Shown here: in pieces, positions 56,189-64,000 of the stretch
Layout: every line of letters begins with the position of its first letter
How positions within the stretch are numbered: position 1 is the first letter of the stretch
From: Eledone cirrhosa
Taxonomy: Eukaryota
Assembly: GCA_964016885.1 (NCBI GenBank)
Contig: OZ024742.1
Span: forward strand, 294,562,001-294,626,000
DNA length: 64,000 nt
Direction of reading: 5' to 3'
Notes under the pieces: model-generated
Seen by the model: only the letters and a program-made list of their open reading frames with translations
What the model was told of the DNA's origin: nothing
Database searches by the model: none
Made by a program: the position numbers and the translations under genes

Positions 56189-56889
56189 CTGCAAAAAAAC
56201 AATTGGCTTTACAAACATTTAATACCAGGATTGGTATAATTAATCTATCCCAAGGAAAGATCCCTTCACTAATTAATAATGGTTTCTGATTTATGCACAA
56301 TGCCAATAATTTGAGGGGGTGGGGAAAGTCAATTAAATCGACCCCAGTACATTACTGGTGCTTTATTTTATCAACCCCATAAGGATGAAAGGCAAAGCTA
56401 ACCTTGGCGGGATTTGTACACAGAATGTAAAGGGCCGTTACTATATGCTGCATAGCATAATGTCCGACGCTCTAACAATACTGCCAATCCACTGCTCTAC
56501 TTCACTAATTAATAATAAAATAAAAGACTAGCAAACAGGCCAAAGATCCTCTATGAAGAAAAGAATTCTCATATGGTTTCAGTACCAAAAAAACATGAGA
56601 CTTAGAAAATAATAGCCAGAAATTCTATAAATATATCAAATCACTTTGTCTGTATCTACTTTAATGTAGATACATTATATCCCTGAATGTTATAGGAGGC
56701 AACTAAATAGCTTAGTACCCTAAACACTCACATGGACAAGAAAACTGTTTAAATCTTAAGACAGAAAATAGCAATTTAATATAAGTTGTTTAGCTATATC
56801 ATCATTATCATCATCAACATCATCATCATCAACATCACCAGTATGTTTTCAGTCATCACAGCAAACTAAAGGATGTCTTAAGTAATATA

Positions 56890-57210
56890 ACCCAGTAGAA
56901 ATCACAATAAAAAACCCAGTAGATATCACTATATAACCCAGTAGATATCACTATATAACCCAGTAGATATCACTATATAACCCAGAAGATATACTATATA
57001 ACCCAGTAGATATCACTATATAACCCAGTAGATATCACTATACAACCCAGTAGATATCACTATATAATCCAGTAGATATCACTATATAGTCCAGAAGATA
57101 TCACTATATAACCCAGTAGATATCACTATATAGCCCAGAAGATATCACTATATAACCCAGAAGATATACAATATAATCCAGTAGATACGACAATATAAAC
57201 CTGTAGATAT
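56890..57210. repeat. 22-bp minisatellite (CCCAGTAGATATCACTATATAA)
   Basis: About 13 tandem units. Confidence 0.92.
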
Positions 57211-60200
57211 ATTATACAGCAAAACCTCGTAGATACAACAAGAGGATGATATAACATTAAATACATTAATTTCCAATCTGCTGAAAAATGTATATGAGGT
57301 GAGTACCACTGAGATGGTTAAGATGGAGTTTAGTGTAGTACAGACAAAAAGTATGTAGGCAGGGATTAATTCTACAGGGCTGACATTCTCTGTTTGGAGT
57401 ATTTGTGTAATGATTGATACTATGTTGAGACATAATAGTATGGGTTACAATGAAGAGAGAAGCTGGTGCAATGGGGGTATTAAAGCAGAGGTTGAATGGA
57501 GCATAGTCTATTGTAGTAGTGATAGCACAAAAGTGATAGAGAAATTGAAGGTTTAACCCCACTTTCATTACTATATTTCTAGTGAAAGACTGTCTATGAT
57601 TTTCAAATAATTTTGTAAATAACCAAGAATTTAGAGGGATTTAGTAATATAACTAACTTATTCATTATTGGTGTGTGGAACTTAACAAAGGTTATTACAT
57701 AAAATTATACTGAAAGGTTTTTAGACAGATATATGCACTTTAACATAGACAACAGCTTTATATTTTAGAAAAGTCTTATGTAACAGAAGATGCAGTGCCA
57801 CAGATATGTGAACAGTACATCACAAGGGGCATATTAAGGGTTTGTGGAGTGTAAAGAGCTGCTTAGGGAAGAAATATCCTTAGGCTCTAAATACTTCAAT
57901 CTGTGGCCTGCTTGGGAGCCTTTAGTCATTCAATTAGACACCATCATCATCATCGTTTAATGTTTGATGATGATGATGATGATGATGAAGTCTAATTGAA
58001 TGACTAAATTGTTATTATTTTATTTACTGTTTAGTCAGGGCTCCTGAGGCTGATAGGAAGGAGAGAAAGGAATCCACAAACTAGAGACTTGGTTCAAATG
58101 CTGACAACTGAGTGAACTCTGTTAAAAGCTCCCAAGCAGGCCACAGTAGGATTTGAACTGAAAATGCAAAAAGCTAGAACAAATACTATAAGGCCCATTT
58201 TCCAATGCTCTAACAATTCTGTCAATCCATTTAATGTGAAACATTGCTGTAGAGTTGGAGGCAAGTTTTCGAAAAGGCAAATTCTTGGAGAGTGTTAACT
58301 TCCTCAGCCTGGATTAAATTTTTGAGGCAGTGTATTGTGCTAGCATGAAGGGAAGTACTGAGAGTGGAGTGACTTTATTTAGAGAAGTATTGCTATTTGT
58401 GAACCATTAGGATGTTGGATTCAAAATGCCTTAGTAGTTGTTCCAGTTTACTATGCTCTGGGATTAAATCCCACCAAGGTAAAGATATGTGGCCTAGTGA
58501 TAAGGTCTTGTCAGGATTTGAACCTAATGTTCAGAGAAACAGAATAAATACATCAATTCACTGCTATTTTGTCCACCAATTGGACTATTAACAAAAGAAC
58601 TATTCCATATTTAGAATTACCAATGAAGAGACTGATAACATTGTGGTTACTACTATGGAACTGGAACTAATCTTTGTATAACTTAGTAAAAGAAATTATA
58701 GTCATTGTAAAAAACTTGTTTCACTTTAGAACAAAGGAATGGTTTCCATGCTGATCTGAGAATGTATTGCATTTTTCTGTTAAAGAATAAATGATGTAAA
58801 CATAATCACTTTTAGTAAAGAAGTGTTACACACAAGCCATTGCAAACAGTAAATGTCCTAAGATGTCTTTGATTATCGTTTAATATGGGGGAAAAAGTTA
58901 CAGATTTTGAAGTATAAATATCTATGCTTTTGTTGAAATGAAGGTTGTATCTCATAGAATGTTTTTTCGGGTGTTTCGATAATAGTGATTCAGTGCTGTC
59001 ATGAAAAGACTGCATTTGATACAAGTCTCTTGCAGGGATTAACTCACCAGCTGTTACTGGCACTCATCATTTTCAGCTGAGTGCAATATCGCAATGTAAA
59101 GTGAAGTGTCTTGCTCAAGGGCAAAATTTAATACCTAGTTCTTGAATTGAACCCACAACCTTATGAGTGTGAGGCCAACATCCTCACCACTAGGCCACGA
59201 AACTTCACTTTACATGCTATTATATCTGCTGGGACTATGAAACAATCCTAAAATTACATTTCTTCTCTCAAGAAACTAGTATCACTATAATACTTTCTTA
59301 CCATATTTATTATGAAAGGCAGTAGCTGTGCTTCAAATAATTTTGAAAATAATAAAAAATTTTAGGAATTTAGTGAAATTACTAACTTTTACATTATTAA
59401 CTTTATATTTGGAATATAACAGATTCTTACATAAAATTATGATGGAAGATTTTAATATAAGTATGAACACTTTAAAACAGGTGGTTTTGTATTGTAGAAC
59501 AAGGGGTGGTTTCAGGCAATTTGGTACCAAAAGGGTTAAATTATGTTTACAACCACATACAATAGTAGCCATTGGACTAGCAAAACTTGTTATTATTTAT
59601 TTAACCCTTTCATGACTTTCTCATGAATATTTATGCATTCCCAGGCTTCCACAAAGTTTACTTCTATGAATTTTCACACACATGTTATTGATTGATCTGA
59701 TGCTAAGATAGAAAACACATTCCCAAACTGCCATGTGGTGGGGATGAACCCAAATCCACATGGTTGTAGAACAAATTTCTCGTCCACATGGTCAATACTT
59801 CTTGGTTGAATCTGTCCCAATACATGCTTTATAGTAATTCCACTGTTAATTCACAATTATAGCTCAATAGTGATTGGATCATGGTTATTTTAGAATTTGA
59901 GGAATCATGAACACGATTATCATTATTTAATATGTGTTTTACCTGCTAGCAAATTTTAGATGGATTAACAGAAACAAAGTCAGTACTTTATCAGAGTTAC
60001 TGACCTCTCAGATGGGCTAAGGGCCACATCTCATGTTGTGGCACCTTACAGAGTGCACTGAATGTATTTTATCTTAGTCCCAGTACTCAGGAAGTCGTCA
60101 TGTCTTTCACAGAACTAAAGAGTCTTTTCCACCCTTTGTTTGGTATATTTCCTATGGCTGGACGTCCTTCCTACCCCCACCCACTTTACAGTGTGTACCG

Positions 60201-61661
60201 GATGTGTTTTATTGTGTCACCAATAAAATAATAAAATGAATAAATCACAATAAATGATAATAAATTATAATACTTAAGGCAGTGCCCCAGCACGGCCTCA
60301 GACCATTGGCTGGAACATGTATTAGAGTAATAAAGCTAATCTTGTATCTAAAGTTTCAGGTATATGGAAATATCAAAGAAAAAATACTAGTTGGAAAAGA
60401 AGCAAGGATGGTGAAGCTGTTTGCAAGGTGTAACAGTTGGCAGAGTTAGTAACTTCTAGAAGTTGATGGAGGAATGATGAGATCATGAAAGGGAAGTTGA
60501 CTATGAATGGTTATGTCTATTATAACATACACTATCTACTATATGGCTCTATATGTTTACTCTACAGGTTTTAAAAGGAAAATTGTTTAAGATTTTTGCC
60601 TGCAAAAAAATATATATATATTTAAAAATCAAGGTATTAAGATTGACAGCAATGCAGCTTATAATACCTAACGATGATTAAATAGGCATATATTTAAATA
60701 CAAATATATATATATATATATGTATATATATGTACACACACACATATATATGTATGCATATATACATACATACATATATGTATATATGTATATATATATA
60801 CACACACACATATATATGTATGCATATATACATACATACATACATATATGTATATATGTATATATATATACACACACACATATATATGTATGCATATATA
60901 CATACATATATATATATATATATGCGTGTGTGTGTGTGTGTGCGTATGTATGTATTAAGAATAATATTCTTCGTTAATATTCTCCTAGTTGTTATTAGTG
61001 GAGTTCATTAATATTGAATCTTATAACTAAGAAATTAAGATCATACTACATAGTGTAAGAATCATATTTATTAAGGAGCCTTTTAAAATTCTCTTACCTC
61101 TTAGTGCCAATAATTATATATATATATGTATGTATGGAGATTGTTCATAGCATTTTTGATAAGTAGTTATATGTTATGTTCTTTCTCTGCAGATTGGTTG
61201 AAGTAAACAATACTGATGAGCTGGTAAAAACAAACGTAACTAGTCAAGCTTGTCCTTCATTCCATTCCACAGAGAAAGGTCTATAGTTTAATTATGAGCT
61301 CTAACCACACAACATGGCTAAACCTATGTTTATGACTCATATGCATACAAATTATCTATAAAAGCAATAAATGATATACTGCATCAATACATTAGTTTAT
61401 ATATATATATATGCATAGAAAATGAAGAAAATCTTGACCGTTGGAAAATAGCTGTGAACACAGCTTAGAAAATCGTGTAGAATATCCCTGTAGATCTGGA
61501 ATAAATATACAGAGTTTGATTCTTTGTAGCAATTGCTGGCTACTTTTTCCATTTATAGAGATATTTTACTTGATTTTATGAGCTGTGTTCACAGCTATTT
61601 TCCTGCACTCAAAATTTTCTACATTTCCGAAGTATTTAACCTTACTTGAAGCTCCAATATA

Positions 61662-61697
<36 letters not shown>

Positions 61698-61702
<5 letters not shown>

Positions 61703-62189
61703 GTAAGTATGTATGTATACGTACATACATATATGTATACAGACGTACAGTAGCATGTATATATATACATACAGGCACAACTCACTCGATATGCAAATTA
61801 GGCTGCTCAGCCGTTAATTTTCATAAGGAAAGTATATACTTTTGGACGTTCAACCATCTGGCAGAAAGGTATACGGTGCTGACGATAGCTAATAAGCTTG
61901 AAACTAGTACATCGTTCCTGTGTCAGTGTTGAACAAAAAGGTGACGTGGTTGCCTAAACACTGTACGGCGTAATTCAGGCTGTTTGTTTGTTTACAAACA
62001 AACAAACCGAACATTATAATAAATGTTCAGTAAACTGATACGTGCATATATATATGTGTGCCTGTATGTATATATATACATGCTACTGTACGTCTGTATA
62101 CATATATGTATGTACGTATACATACATACTTACATTTAAGTAAGTGCCGTACTAAGAGTGAGAAATGAAATTTTGTTTCATTCTATTCC

Positions 62190-62190
<1 letters not shown>
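61698..62190 (+). mobile_element. Penelope-like pLTR-derived element with an 82-bp perfect inverted duplication
   Basis: 61698-61779 is the exact reverse complement of 62057-62138. The interior carries a hammerhead. The right end recurs inverted at about 26027-26157. Confidence 0.65.
61873..61915 (+). ncRNA. Minimal type I hammerhead ribozyme, nearly intact
   Basis: Stem I ACGGTG/CATCGT, CUGACGA (61879-61885), stem II AGCT-AATA-AGCT, GAAA (61900-61903), palindromic stem III ACUAGU. Predicted GUA cleavage after 61909. Confidence 0.7.
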
Positions 62191-62236
<46 letters not shown>

Positions 62237-62591
62237 AACACACACTTCTTAATTTAACTTCCCTTAAACTTTTGCACCTCCTTACATATAGATTACAAAA
62301 TATTACATTATCCCCCTATCACACAGATAAATATCCTATTAAGATCTATAATAAATGATACTTAGTATCTTTTATATCTTCGACATTTTTTGTAGATTGA
62401 TTTAGGGTAGTTAATGAATGAAATTAGATCAACAAACTATTTTGCTGCAAAAGATCAAGCAAACAGGATAGAACCTACCTTTATGGCTTTATCCATCACG
62501 ACCGACTTAATAGGTATTGAACTCACTCTCTCTCTCTCACTCCCTCTCTCTCTCTTTCTCTGTGTATATTGTTGTTGTTTAGTCCTGTCCC

Positions 62592-62642
<51 letters not shown>

Positions 62643-62789
62643 GTCTATTCTTTGTGATCCTGTCTCTATTTTTTGTACTCCTGAAGAAGGGCTAAAGCCT
62701 GACACATTGAACTTTCTTTCCCCTTTTCCATATACATATAAAGCGTATACTAATAAGACTTTTTGTATCTTTGTTTTACTGTTTCCTTG

Positions 62790-62829
<40 letters not shown>

Positions 62830-63317
62830 CGAAGGAGATGTGGTAAGGAACCAGATGGACCATAACGCACCAGAGTCCAGTAATAGCCGTCGAAACGACT
62901 TGAGCTCTGCCGTCGGGGTCATACTTTTTCCTATATATATATATATATTTAGATTCTTACAATATGGCCATAAGTTTGTGGAAAAATGGATATTCACTAA
63001 GCATTATTATTAAAATGATATTTCGAAATGATGTTGAGTTTAGACATATTGGTTTATATATACTCCACTCACTGTTCGGAAATATGTCTTCTTTGATGGT
63101 GCTTAGCTAATATTTACTTTGTAGAAACAGTATAGCTATATCATAAGAATTGTGTAAATCTATTCTTATAATACTTTGTTTTCAATTTGTTCCTATGTAT
63201 GGATTTTTATGATTAACAGAGCAAAATTGTCCACTCACACACACACACAGACACATACACTCACACACACACACACACATATATATAGGTATATATATAT
63301 ATATATACTTTCTAGGT

Positions 63318-63586
63318 ACAAATTTACGCTCAGAGTTGCTGAAGCATGGAACAAACTACCTGCATCGGTTGTTAGCTGTCGAGACACTGTATCCTTTAAG
63401 GCCTCCATGCTTCCGGAAATTCGCCAACAGTACGCCTAATGTTTCCCCTCCATACACATACACACATGTATATCATGACTCATACACTATTCACTTCCCT
63501 GACATTTGTGTATTATTCTATGTACTATACATGCACCTTTGATGAGTTGTAGTGCACCTGAGCACTTTACACAATAATTTCATTAT
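63318..63586 (+). mobile_element. 3' end of a CR1/L2-group LINE
   Basis: FTLRVAEAWNKLPASVVSCRDTVSFKASM matches the F..RV...WN.LP..VV......FK C-terminal motif. Short 3'UTR ending in an ATT/TA tract. Confidence 0.75.
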
Positions 63587-63596
63587 ATATATAAAA

Positions 63597-63636
<40 letters not shown>

Positions 63637-64000
63637 CTTTATACAGTACCTTAGCCATTTTTTGCTACGTGAGTTTCCCCCCCCCCCCCCCTCCCAGTTA
63701 AACAATACTTTTCTGAGCTGCAATCATTTAGGTAAACCCCCCCCCCCCCTCCAAATGGTACTGAATAAAGGTTTGACAAGAAACGTAAGTAGGACAATCA
63801 CTTAGGTCCTGTATGGAGATTACCTCAAACTTTTCAATTGTTAGTGAATTCTCTCTATCTTTTTGGATATTTACTCATCTACACACAGACACACTCACAT
63901 ACTTTCATACATATACACATACATATTTTTGTATGTATAGTTTGAAAAATTATAACCCTACAATTATGTGCACATTCACACAAACATTATCAAACATTAT

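Noticed and set aside
56890-57210. CRISPR-like regular repeats
   Set aside because: Head-to-tail 22-bp units with no unique spacers, no cas genes and a eukaryotic context.

Overview
AT-rich, microsatellite-dense eukaryotic (metazoan) DNA. The repeat landscape suggests a cephalopod such as Octopus (inference): tRNA-derived SINEs with RTE-type tails, RTE LINEs, TTAA MITEs and (TA)n/(CAT)n/(TATG)n tracts. Almost all ORFs in the supplied track are microsatellite or repeat artefacts. One gene is well supported: the last four coding exons (+, 1047-3825) of an uncharacterised protein with a degenerate EF-hand-like pair. A less certain minus-strand gene shows scattered small exons and apparently alternative C-terminal exons (56188 down to about 15000). 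The most notable signals are: (i) a composite array at 50.4-52 kb where RTE-type elements (+) and two distinct R4/Dong-like RLE elements (-) all sit in (TATG)n/(CATA)n; (ii) several Penelope-type hammerhead ribozyme motifs, one nearly intact (61873-61915) inside an 82-bp perfect inverted repeat; (iii) many long palindromes, including a head-to-head RTE tail pair. All calls were made by eye, without database searches.
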